DNA of 64,000 bases, taken from contig OZ251235.1 of assembly GCA_965240325.2 (NCBI GenBank), positions 372,001 to 436,000 of the forward strand. The letters run 5' to 3'. Shown one piece after another: positions 21,725 to 31,555 of this stretch. The notes beneath the pieces were generated by a model. That model was given only the letters and a program-made list of their open reading frames with translations, made no database searches and was not told where the DNA came from. Numbering within the stretch: position 1 is the first letter of the stretch; each line of letters starts with the position of its first letter. Source of the stretch: Rebecca billardiae RCC1528. Lineage: Eukaryota; Protista; Haptophyta. Made by a program: the position numbers and the translations under genes.

Positions 21725-24700
21725 ATGCGTGACCAGCTCCCGCCGCGAGCTCTCGTCCTCAAGCCGCAGGACCTCCGCACGGCCATCTCCGTTCTTGTGG
21801 TCATGGTCACGTCGAAGCCGGACATGGACGTCGCGCTCGCGTTCTCCAACCCGTCCTCGCCCCTCGAGCCGGGCAAGGACGATACCGGCGCGGACAAGCC
21901 CATCGTCTGCCCCCCGTCCACCGCCGCCGCCACCATCCAGGCCAAGCAGCTGCGCACGCAGGCTTTCATCGTGCAGTTGCTTCTCAAGGCGGTCGCTCCT
22001 CGCATCCTCGACCCGATCATCGCGCAGTTGCAGCACTCGGGTCTCGGGCTCGAGCTGTCTCATCTCGTCAACGCGCTCAACGTGCGCTGCAACAGCTCCC
22101 GCCCCTCCTCGCTCGTCGCCAAGCTGTACGCCCTGCTCTCGATCAAACTGTCGCCGGGCGAGAGCTTCCACGCCTTTGCTGCCCGCGTGATGTCCAACGC
22201 CACGGAGCTGCGCGGCGTCGAGATCAAGGACGACATCTTCACGCTCGTCGTGATCCTCGTGAACCTCTACGGCCGCAACCCGTCCTTCGTCAGCTCGGTG
22301 ATCGCGACGATGAACGACCAGCCCATCTCGGTGGAGGATCTCATCGAGCGCGTGCACGATCTCGACCGCGTCGCCGCCGCCGCCAACGGCACGAACCCCA
22401 ACCGCCAGGCCGTCAACGCGCTCACCTCCAAGGGCCAGCCCGGCGCATCCATGCCTCCTACCCCGTGCAAGTACTGCGGCGGCATGCACTGGAACCGCGA
22501 CTGCCCGAACCGCCCCCAGACGTCCACCTCGCGCTCCTCGGGCGCGACGCCCGCAGCCGACGCTCGCTCCGGCGGCGCGCGCCGCCCGACTCACAAGTCC
22601 AACAAGCTCCAGCGCGTGCCCTCCGCGCCCTCGCAGTCGCAGCCGCAGCCGACGCCGCAGCGGGCGAAGCCGTCGGCGACCACGACGCGCGTGCGGCTCA
22701 TCCAGGACGGCACGCCGACGCTCAACGCCATCTCCATCTCGGGCTCGGCGTCAGGCCCCAACTCGCAGCCGGCGGCGACCGACGCTGACGCGCCGCCGCC
22801 GCCGCCCGCCAACTCGCAGCCGCCCGCCGACTCGCCGCTGTCGCGGGCGCGCTTCAACTCGCTGCCGACGCTCGTCCTCACGCCGTCGTCGCGGCAGCCC
22901 GCCGGCGCGCCGCCGCCGCCGCCGGCGCCCGCCAACTCGCCGCCGCCCGCCGACCCGCAGCTGTCGCGGGCGCACTCCAACTCGCAGCCGGCGCTCACCA
23001 ACACGCCGCCGCTGCCGCCGCCCGCCGACTCGCAGCAGCCGGCGCTGTCGCTCATCGACCAGCAGCCGGCGCTCTACTCGCCGCCGCCGCCGCTGTTCGA
23101 CCCGCCGACGCAGGCCAGCTCGCCGCCGCCGCCCTTCGGCCCGCCGTCGCCGCCGACGCAGGTCGACTCGCCGTCGCCGCCGGCGTCTGAGGCCGGCTCC
23201 CCGATCCAGCTCGCGACGGCGGCCGAGCTCGAGCGCGGCCAGAATGTGCTCATCATGGCGTTGCGCCAGTCCATCCGCAAGCCCGCCTCCTACGAGCCGT
23301 TCCACCTCAAGCCGTTCCGTCTCGCCAACCCCCCGGACGACCGCGACGACTCCGCCTCCGACTCGGCCTCGGAGACGGACGATGAGCTGCCGGACCTTGT
23401 CCCGTGCACTCCCTCGACCACGACCGCGGCCTCGGACACGTCCGACGACTGCCCCAGCCTGGACGACGTCTCCACCGCGGGCAACTACACCTACCCGATC
23501 GGCCACCTCGGCCAGCTCACCGGAGGGCCGCTCGCGCTCAACCCGTACGAGTCCCTCGCCGCAGCCGCCGCGGCCGAGGCCGAGATCCATCGCGCACGGC
23601 CTCTCTTTGGCGCCGGCGCCTACATCGATGACCTGATCGTCCAGTACGAGCCGCCGCCGCCGCGGTTCAAGCCGGAGGGTCGGCTCCGCGCGCTCTTCAA
23701 GTCCTCGCACGGTGCCTTCCTCTTCCTCGTCGCGCTCGCCGTCCTCGCCATCATCTCGATCCTCGCCGCGGTCACCTGCTGCGCCCGCACCGGCCCGCCC
23801 GTCATCTGCGGCGTCTCCCGCTCGTTTGACCCGATCAACCCGACCTGCATCCAGCAGCAGTTGCTCGCCGATCCGGAGGAGATTGAGAACGTGCACTCGA
23901 CGATCTCCTTCGCCATCGGCACGCCGTTCACAGGCGACATCGCCCAGGCGAGCATCTCGATCATGATCGACACCGGCGCGGACACCACCATCGCCTCGAC
24001 CGCGTTCTCTCGGTTTGCCGCCAAGTCCTTCCGCCAGTTCTCGGAGGCGCGCGCGGCGAACGGCACGCGGATCAAGATCAACACCTCGGCCGCGTTCGCC
24101 CTCGGCATGCGCTCGATCGACGGCGACCTCATCACGCTGCCGCTCATGGACGTCCCGCTCTCTCCAGACGTCCCGGGCTTCTACATGAGCGACACTTGGC
24201 TGACCCGCCTCGGCATCTCGTTCATCTCGCTCGCGGCGCCGACCACCTTCATGTCCGGCGCCACCCCGATCCACGCGCAGGGCGGCCGGTACCTGCTGTA
24301 CGGCGACAAGCTCGTTCCTCTGCACGGCCGCGATCTCGCATGCGCCGTCTTCATCCCGGACGACGACTCGCCGTCGCCCACCATCGCCGCGTCCGGCCTC
24401 CACGTGCCGCCCGCCCCGCTCCAGTCCTCGCTGCCGCCGCCGCCGGCGCAGCCGCCCACGTCCGACGGCGCTCTCGTCATCGTGACCATGGACCAGGCCT
24501 CGCAGACCGCCGACCTCGCGCCGGACGACGACACGTTCTGCGACGAGTGCTGCGTCGAGTTCAAGGACACCGACGAGCTCTCGCGCGTCGCTCACCTCCG
24601 GCTCGGCCACGCTCACGCAGCTGCCGTCAACCGCACGCTCGCCGCATCCAAGCACCTCGGCGCGCGCAACCTCAAGTCGGACTGCTCGTGCGCGCTCGCC

Positions 24701-27445
24701 AAGATGAAGCGCAACTCGTTCACGTCCACGTCGCCCCGCTCGGAGAAGGCGTTCGTGCTCGTCCATGTCGACGTCGCCGGCTACGTCGACGGCAAGTTCA
24801 TCGTGAACCCGGACGATTTTGCCAAGTTCTACGTGATCGTGTTTGTCGACGACTACACCCGGGCCGGCTTCATCTACTTCCTCGACCGCCGCTCGGACGC
24901 ACCGGAGGCGATGCGACGCTTCATCGACGACATGTCGGTCTACGGCCACACCGTCAGCCGCTTCCGCGTCGACGGCGCCCCCGAGCTCAACTCGACCGAC
25001 TGGGAGGGCATCTGCCGCGCGCACGGCATCGCCCCCAACCAGGTCACGCCGCCCGACACGCCGCAGCACAACCCGATCGCCGAGCGCTTCATCCAGACGC
25101 TCTTCAACGCGGCGCGCTCGATCCTGTTCCACTCCAAGCTGCGCATCGACGCCTACGCCAAGGACGCGCTGCGCCACGCCGCGTACATCATCCGCCGCAT
25201 CGCCACGCCGGTGACGTTCGACAAGACGCCGTTCGAGCTGCTGCGCGGCTTCCCGCCAGATCTCGCTCAGCTGCGTGTCTTCGGCTGCGTCGCCTACGTC
25301 GTGCCGCCGAACACGCACTTCAAGAAGCTCGACCCGCGCGCCGTCATGGGCGTCTACGTCGGCCACGGCGACGACGGCCACATGGTGAACGTCCCGCCCA
25401 AGAACCGCACGCGCTACACGAAGGCGATCATCGTACGCGTGCCCGGCGACGGCCAGATCGTCCCGGACATGTTCATCATCTCGCACCACTTGCGCTTCGA
25501 CGAGGACACGCTCTACGTCGACCACCCCGACGCCGCTCACATCGCGCGCGACCCGCTCGCCGCCGCGCCGCAGCTGCCGCCGACGTCGCCGCCGCTCGAC
25601 CTCCATGCTGCCGATGTGGGTAATGGGGGAAGTTCCCACGGCGCCGTCCGGCGCCGCGATGGCGCTGGCGCATTCGGACACGCTGAGCGGGTGGGGGACG
25701 CACCGCACGCCTACGTCGGAGACGCTGACGACGACGCCGCCGGCGCCGAGGACTCCCTCGATGTCGACAACGCGCTCAACGACGACGACCCGCCCTCATC
25801 TCGCACGCGCGCGCGCGCACACGTCAACTCGGTCGCGTCGCCGACTTACTCCAAGCTGCCGCGCATCTACGCGCTCCTGCTCTCCATCGGACTCTCGGAC
25901 ACGCCGACGGCGGTGCAAGCACTCAACGGCCCGCATGCGACGCAGTTCGCCGCCGCTCTCGACGCCGAGTACGCCTCCATCCTGGCCAACAACACGTGGG
26001 TGGAGGTGCCGCGCAAGCCGGGGATGCGCACGCTGAAGGCGGCGCCCGTGTTCAACATCAAGCGCGACAAGAAGGGCAACATCAAGCGGTTCAAGGCCCG
26101 CGTCGTGGGCAAGGGCTTCACGCAGATCGAGGGCATCGACTACGACGAGACGTTCTCCTCGGTCGTCCGCTACGAGACCCTCAAGATGATCATCGCCATC
26201 GCCGCGGCCAAGCAGCGCCGCCTCTTCCACGGCGACTTCACGACGGCGTACCTCAACGCGCCGATCGACTACGAGATCTACCTCGAGCTGCCGCTCGGGT
26301 ACAAGCCGAAGACGAAGGGCGACGTCGTGCTGCGCCTCCTCAAGAGCCTCTACGGTCTCAAGCAGTCCGGCCGCAACTGGCGTCTCATGATCGACGACTG
26401 GATGAAGGAGTACGGGTTCGCGCAGAGCCAGGCCGACCCGTGCCTCTATGTCCTCAACACGCAGTCGGGCATCATCGCCGTGTGCATCTACGTGGACGAC
26501 ATGCTCATCCTCGACGACAGCGACGACCCGACCGCCTGCGACAACTTCATCTCGAAGATCACATCCTCGTACAAGATGACCATCACGGCCGACATCGACG
26601 GCTACCTGTCGGCCACGCTCACGCGCTCCAAGGACGGCATCATGGTGACCGTCACCAAGAACATCCTCGAGCTCCTCGAGAAGACGGGCTTCATGAACTG
26701 CAACACGTCCGACACGCCGATGACCGAGGGCCTCAAGCTCGGCCCGTGCTCCGAGTCGGACGCGCTCGACGCGGAGACGACGACGTTCTTCCGCTCCGTG
26801 GTCGGCTCGCTCATCCACATCACGCAGTTCCGCCCGGACATCGCCTACGCCGTCGGCACGCTCACCCACTTCATGTCAAAGCCGGGCAAGAAGCACCTCG
26901 GGGCTGCCAAGCGCATCATCCGCTACCTCGCCGGCACGCCGAACCTCGGCCTCTTCTTCCGCTCGGGCTCGGACGTCACGCTCATCGCGTACGTGGACGC
27001 TGACTACGCCAACGATCTCCACGACGAGCGCAAGTCTGTCACCGGCTACGTGATGCACCTCTGCGGCTCGACGGTGAGCGGCCGCCGCGAGAAGCAGCGC
27101 ACGACGGCTCTGAGCTCGACCGAAGCTGAGTACATGGCCGTCACCTCCGCCGGCAAGGAGATCATCTTCATGCGCAAGCTGCTCACCGACCTCGGCTACC
27201 CGCAGCTCGCGCCGACCAAGCTCTTCGAGGACAACAAGGCGGTGGTGGACCTCACGGACAACGAGAAGTACCACAACCGCACCAAGCACATCGACGTCCA
27301 GTACCACTGGAACCGTCAGCACGCCCGCGCCGGCACCTTCAAGCTCTTCTTGATCCCCGGCACCGAGAACCCGGCCGACATCATGACCAAGCCGCTCGGC
27401 CCGGCCGCCTTCCTCAAACTTCGTGCTCAGCTCCTGGGCATGTAA
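21725..27445 (+). CDS. Copia Gag-Pol polyprotein (1906 aa, uninterrupted)
   Basis: Zinc knuckle CKYCGGMHWNRDC; protease IDTGA; integrase HLRLGH..CSC, HVD, RVDGAPE, NPIAER; RT SLYGLKQSG, YVDD; RNase H DADYA, SSTEAEY, ADIMTK; integrase before RT. Confidence 0.98.
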   Translation: MRDQLPPRALVLKPQDLRTAISVLVVMVTSKPDMDVALAFSNPSSPLEPGKDDTGADKPIVCPPSTAAATIQAKQLRTQAFIVQLLLKAVAPRILDPIIAQLQHSGLGLELSHLVNALNVRCNSSRPSSLVAKLYALLSIKLSPGESFHAFAARVMSNATELRGVEIKDDIFTLVVILVNLYGRNPSFVSSVIATMNDQPISVEDLIERVHDLDRVAAAANGTNPNRQAVNALTSKGQPGASMPPTPCKYCGGMHWNRDCPNRPQTSTSRSSGATPAADARSGGARRPTHKSNKLQRVPSAPSQSQPQPTPQRAKPSATTTRVRLIQDGTPTLNAISISGSASGPNSQPAATDADAPPPPPANSQPPADSPLSRARFNSLPTLVLTPSSRQPAGAPPPPPAPANSPPPADPQLSRAHSNSQPALTNTPPLPPPADSQQPALSLIDQQPALYSPPPPLFDPPTQASSPPPPFGPPSPPTQVDSPSPPASEAGSPIQLATAAELERGQNVLIMALRQSIRKPASYEPFHLKPFRLANPPDDRDDSASDSASETDDELPDLVPCTPSTTTAASDTSDDCPSLDDVSTAGNYTYPIGHLGQLTGGPLALNPYESLAAAAAAEAEIHRARPLFGAGAYIDDLIVQYEPPPPRFKPEGRLRALFKSSHGAFLFLVALAVLAIISILAAVTCCARTGPPVICGVSRSFDPINPTCIQQQLLADPEEIENVHSTISFAIGTPFTGDIAQASISIMIDTGADTTIASTAFSRFAAKSFRQFSEARAANGTRIKINTSAAFALGMRSIDGDLITLPLMDVPLSPDVPGFYMSDTWLTRLGISFISLAAPTTFMSGATPIHAQGGRYLLYGDKLVPLHGRDLACAVFIPDDDSPSPTIAASGLHVPPAPLQSSLPPPPAQPPTSDGALVIVTMDQASQTADLAPDDDTFCDECCVEFKDTDELSRVAHLRLGHAHAAAVNRTLAASKHLGARNLKSDCSCALAKMKRNSFTSTSPRSEKAFVLVHVDVAGYVDGKFIVNPDDFAKFYVIVFVDDYTRAGFIYFLDRRSDAPEAMRRFIDDMSVYGHTVSRFRVDGAPELNSTDWEGICRAHGIAPNQVTPPDTPQHNPIAERFIQTLFNAARSILFHSKLRIDAYAKDALRHAAYIIRRIATPVTFDKTPFELLRGFPPDLAQLRVFGCVAYVVPPNTHFKKLDPRAVMGVYVGHGDDGHMVNVPPKNRTRYTKAIIVRVPGDGQIVPDMFIISHHLRFDEDTLYVDHPDAAHIARDPLAAAPQLPPTSPPLDLHAADVGNGGSSHGAVRRRDGAGAFGHAERVGDAPHAYVGDADDDAAGAEDSLDVDNALNDDDPPSSRTRARAHVNSVASPTYSKLPRIYALLLSIGLSDTPTAVQALNGPHATQFAAALDAEYASILANNTWVEVPRKPGMRTLKAAPVFNIKRDKKGNIKRFKARVVGKGFTQIEGIDYDETFSSVVRYETLKMIIAIAAAKQRRLFHGDFTTAYLNAPIDYEIYLELPLGYKPKTKGDVVLRLLKSLYGLKQSGRNWRLMIDDWMKEYGFAQSQADPCLYVLNTQSGIIAVCIYVDDMLILDDSDDPTACDNFISKITSSYKMTITADIDGYLSATLTRSKDGIMVTVTKNILELLEKTGFMNCNTSDTPMTEGLKLGPCSESDALDAETTTFFRSVVGSLIHITQFRPDIAYAVGTLTHFMSKPGKKHLGAAKRIIRYLAGTPNLGLFFRSGSDVTLIAYVDADYANDLHDERKSVTGYVMHLCGSTVSGRREKQRTTALSSTEAEYMAVTSAGKEIIFMRKLLTDLGYPQLAPTKLFEDNKAVVDLTDNEKYHNRTKHIDVQYHWNRQHARAGTFKLFLIPGTENPADIMTKPLGPAAFLKLRAQLLGM

Positions 27446-28580
27446 GGCCTCGCCGCACACACGAAGTCCCAGTGCTACATCGGTCGCCGCTCGTCGGACG
27501 CACATTGACCTCGCGCTGTCTCTTCTGAACGGAGACGCTGCCGGCACCGACTCGCCCGACTTCTACATCGTCTACTCGGACAACCGCTCCGACGCATGCA
27601 TCCCATACGGCAACATCGCATCATCTACAATCACACGACGGTCACACGTCTACACCCAGTCCCTTCGGGTCGACCAGGTTTCGTACGACCACCGCTGCGA
27701 TTGGGTGGGGGTGTCAAGATCCAACGTTACCGGACTCGCTCTCCTGTGCGTACACACCCGGATCACCAACCGTCACTGGACACCACATACGCCGACTCTC
27801 ATTATCAGGTCGGCATCACTCTTACTCCCATCATGGTTCATTTCACGACTTACCCGTTGATGGCTATCAGTGCCTCCTACACGGTCCTAGGACTGTCGGA
27901 TGCCCCCCTAGTGACCGGCTCGTTCAGTTCGTACCGCTTCGCATTGCATCAGTCGAACCTCCGTCTCTCGGGGCATCCTCGCCCCCCTCGTCACGCTCTC
28001 GGGCCTCACGGCCCTGTCGCTCTCTTCACCCTTTGACACAGCGGAGCGTTCCCGGGACACCTGTATACACATGCGAAAATTTTGCCCGGACTGGGTAACT
28101 AGTTATAGAAAATAGAGGCTTCTGAATATATAACCTATTGTAGAGGTCGGGCTGATGACGATCGATCCATCTTAGGCCGTAAGTAATATTGTCCAAGCCG
28201 ACCAAGCCACCAAGTAACCAAGGGACCGCCTGGGGTGGTCTAGGAGCTGTTGAACATTTGTAGATCGCATCCGAGACGAGGCAGCGATCCCGCCCATTGC
28301 AGCAGTGTCAAGATGTAACGACGAGCTCTAAAGTCTAGTGACCGGACTGGGGGGGGGGGGGGTGGACCGAAGCCGGAGCCCATAAATATTGCGCTGCGTC
28401 ATGCGCGCATCATCATCATCGTCGCCTGCTGAACGTTACGGTCGTCATCACTCAGCACGGCTCACAGCCTTTGTCATCAGTTATTGACCGTAATAATCCG
28501 TATAGCGCGGCTTACACGCTATAGACTCAGTGATGACTCCACGCGGCTCGGACCTATAACTCGCGGCAGTACCGATAAAC

Positions 28581-28582
<2 letters not shown>

Positions 28583-28628
<46 letters not shown>

Positions 28629-28700
28629 GCTCTCTCTCGTCTAGCTCTCTCTCTCTCTCTAGTCTCTGACTCTCTCTCGGCTCTTACTTTACTCTCTCTA
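28583..28700. repeat. (CT)n microsatellite, partly degenerate
   Basis: Direct reading. Confidence 0.95.
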
Positions 28701-28743
28701 TCTAGTAGTATCTATACGACTGCGCTGCTATAACTATTTCGGC

Positions 28744-28746
<3 letters not shown>

Positions 28747-28798
<52 letters not shown>

Positions 28799-28806
28799 CG
28801 ACGTGG
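28747..28806. repeat. (TA)n microsatellite followed by the TTAACGACGTGG element-end motif
   Basis: Same motif follows TA runs at 39875 and 40592. Confidence 0.9.
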
Positions 28807-29465
28807 TATGCAACGGGCAGTATATATATATAATATTATTGTAATTAACTGCTAGCGGCTACCCGGAGGCCCAGGAGGCAGGACACTACACAGTCTGTCA
28901 CAGTGAATCCTAAAACTACTATACGACGACGGCTGACCGTGATATATGACGCCGAGGACAATGCGCGACGTAGTTGGTACCGCTGTTGGTGCCGCGTCGC
29001 GTCAGACTGTCGGCCTGTCGGCTGTCGGCTGTCGCCGCGATGTCCGGGGCGGGCAGGTCACGCACTGGCGCAGTGCCCGTGGTGACGCTCGCTCGTGACT
29101 CGTTCTGTTGATGGGGAGCCATCGCGCACTCGGGCAGGCGGCAGCGCGCTCCGTCTCCGTGGACAGACTGGCATGCGTCGCCTCCGACCCGCGCCGTCGC
29201 CCGCGGCATCAGCCTCGGCACTCCGAGTCGCTCTGCGTGGCCCGGGGTCGGGAGCGGAGGAGCGGCATTGCTGCCAGGCTGCTTCCACCCAAGCACGGGC
29301 TGCAAGCAGCAGGTCGAAGGCGTCGCCTGCCCGGCGGCAGGCTCGAGCGCTGAGCGCACCACACGGCAGCGGCGAGAAGGAAGAGAGGGTTCGCCAGCTG
29401 GCCGAGCCCGCTGTCGGGCACGGCCAGGGAGGCGCGCAGCGGCACCAGGCAGCGGCGCTCCGCGT

Positions 29466-30472
29466 CTAGTCTGCCTTGCGGTGGCCGTTGCCGTTCGCGG
29501 CCGCAGGCTTGGGCTTGCCAAAGGTGAAGTAGCTCCGCAGCCCGCCCTTGAGCAGGATGTACGTGTACCCGGTGGAGAGGAGCGTGATGAACGCCACCCC
29601 GCCGGTGATCACGTAGAACGCCGTTTTCTGCCCCGCCGCCACGTAGTCGTCGTACCGAGGCAGCAGGTACTGGAAGGTGGCCTGCGGGCGGGCGCCGCGC
29701 GGGCAGAGTCGCGGGCCCGTAGCGCACGCGGGGTCGTGGGTGCGCCGGCGCGGCGCGGCGCACGGACGCGAGGAGCGCGTCGGCGGCGTGCACGGCGGCG
29801 CCTCTCTCTCCCGAGCGCGCGCGCGCGCACCCACGGCATGATCACGATCCGCGTGAGCACGTAGGTGAGCAGCAGCACTGCGGCGTTGAGCGCGTACGCG
29901 CCGTTGCTCGGCGTGCGCGGCTGCACCTTCAGCTGGTACCACCGCACGTCGAGGAAGAGGTTGGAGATCTCCGTGAGGTAGCCGCACGCGGAGAGCCAGG
30001 TGATCAGGTGCGCGTCGCCCGCGCCGTACAGCGTCGCCGCTTCGCGCTCCATCACCGGGTAGTGCCCGACGACCATCACGATGTGGTGGATCACGATCGG
30101 GAAGTTGAGCGTCGGCGCCGCGTAGAAGCAGAAGTCGGAGAGGAAGTAGCCGAGCGAGTACGCGAGCGTAGGCGGCCACACGTCGTAGCGCTCAAAGACG
30201 GTGACGGCGATCGCCGCCGCGCTGACCACCAGCGCGTGCACGAAGCCCACCGCGTACGCAGCGAGGAGTGTGGCCGCACTCCGCGGAGTCTCCTTCTTTG
30301 CGCGCAACTTCGCGGTCAGCCACGAGCTCCAGGCCACGCGCATCACGAGCAGCGTGAGAATGACATGCGCGGCGAACGAGGCGAGGACGACGTACTCGAT
30401 CGTGGTGTCAGTCTCGTAGAGCCCGACGACGAACGGCGAGCGCGCGCTCGCGCTGGCGCCCTTCGCCGGCAT
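29466..30472 (-). CDS. TLC (TRAM/LAG1/CLN8) domain membrane protein; intron 29682-29830
   Basis: Several hydrophobic helices; YSLGYFLSD, IVIHH, YLTEISNLFLDVRW and YVLTRI motifs. Confidence 0.85.
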
Positions 30473-30613
30473 CGCGCCCAGTCACGCTTGGTCAAGAGAT
30501 GCGAGCACTGGCGCACTGCTGCGCGCTCCCACAAGGTCGTCTGGATCGGCGCGATGCGGTTTTATTTACGGCTTTACCCCCATACGCCGCCGGACGACTC
30601 GACGAGTATGGTA

Positions 30614-31367
30614 CAGGTGGATACGGGTGATCTGGACAGTTTACTAAGAATAAGAGACGCACACAGCTCAGGCAGGCGAGATTGACGCCCGCCAACTGTC
30701 ACCGCCCATGAAGCCGTCGCCGATGGTAGCGCCGCCGGAAAACCAAATTCCCCTTTATAACGGGCTCCGGGTGATCAGACTGGCGGCCGAAGCCTCCAGC
30801 GGCCGACCCAACTCACGCGGAGGCCTCCCTGGGAGCATTGGGGTCGAAGGGGCGCCAGGGACGGACTTCAGGGGGTCCCTGGAGTTCCGCCGCAGCGCGC
30901 TTTCTGCGCTGCGGGCCCGTCTCCGCGCGTGGCGGCCGCAATGGCACTGTCCAATTAGCCCCTGGCACTGGCTGAGGCATGGGAATCGAGCTCAGAGACG
31001 CGCGCGCGGAGGAAAAGCGTGTGCAGCGGCTCGGACGGTTGCTCTGGGACCTACCCACGCCAGCGCAACCGCGCCTTGCCTCGGAGTCCGCCCTTCCTGA
31101 GTCCGCGCACGCGCCTTGCGGCTTGAAACGCTGGCGTTCGCCCTTGTGCGCGGGACTCACGAAACAAGGCGAAGGCGGCGAGAAGCGCGACCTGGCGCGT
31201 GCGCAGACGACGTCTCACGACCAGGTGAGTTCAGCGAACATCGTGCGCCGTCGTGGCGACCCGCCAGTGGGCGCTCGTGCTCGTTCGCCCACGAGCCCTC
31301 GCCACGAGGCCCGCCGCCCGCTGAGTGTCCAGATAGCCCCTGTGTCCAGTTAGCCCGTATCCACCTG
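30614..31367. mobile_element. Tc1/mariner-type MITE, long copy (754 bp)
   Basis: TIR CAGGTGGATACGGG (imperfect to about 25 bp), TA on both flanks; near-identical copy at 51950-52543. Confidence 0.92.
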
Positions 31368-31555
31368 TATGGTCGTCAAGCCATGCTGCAGCCCAGATCT
31401 CGATTTCATGAGATATCACCCCGTCCGCCGCTCACGTGGCGCGCACGCACGGCGCATCTCTCCGGTGAAGGTCAATTTGCCGCGCGCTGCATCCGTCATC
31501 ATCGTCGGACTTTGCCGGCATCGCCGCCACGCGGACGCTCGCTGGCGCCCTCTTC

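Larger units (their letters stand above)
21349..28038 (+). mobile_element. Full-length Ty1/copia LTR retrotransposon
   Basis: 327-bp LTRs at 21349-21675 and 27712-28038 (TGTCAA..TTGACA, one mismatch seen); TSD CAGCG; PBS from 21676; PPT-like GGGTGGGGG at 27703-27711. Confidence 0.98.

Noticed and set aside
21676-21750. tRNA-Ala or tmRNA gene on the minus strand
   Set aside because: Only the 3' half is present, with no anticodon loop, D arm or 5' acceptor strand; its position identifies it as a PBS
23621-23632. Second reverse transcriptase at the YIDD motif
   Set aside because: No other RT motifs nearby; the true YVDD is at about 26489
28306-28345. Short matches to the copia LTR (TGTCAAGAT, CTAGTGACCGG)
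   Set aside because: Too short to call a remnant LTR with confidence
30708-31353. ORFs repeated in both MITE copies
   Set aside because: No transposase motifs; identity reflects recent copying
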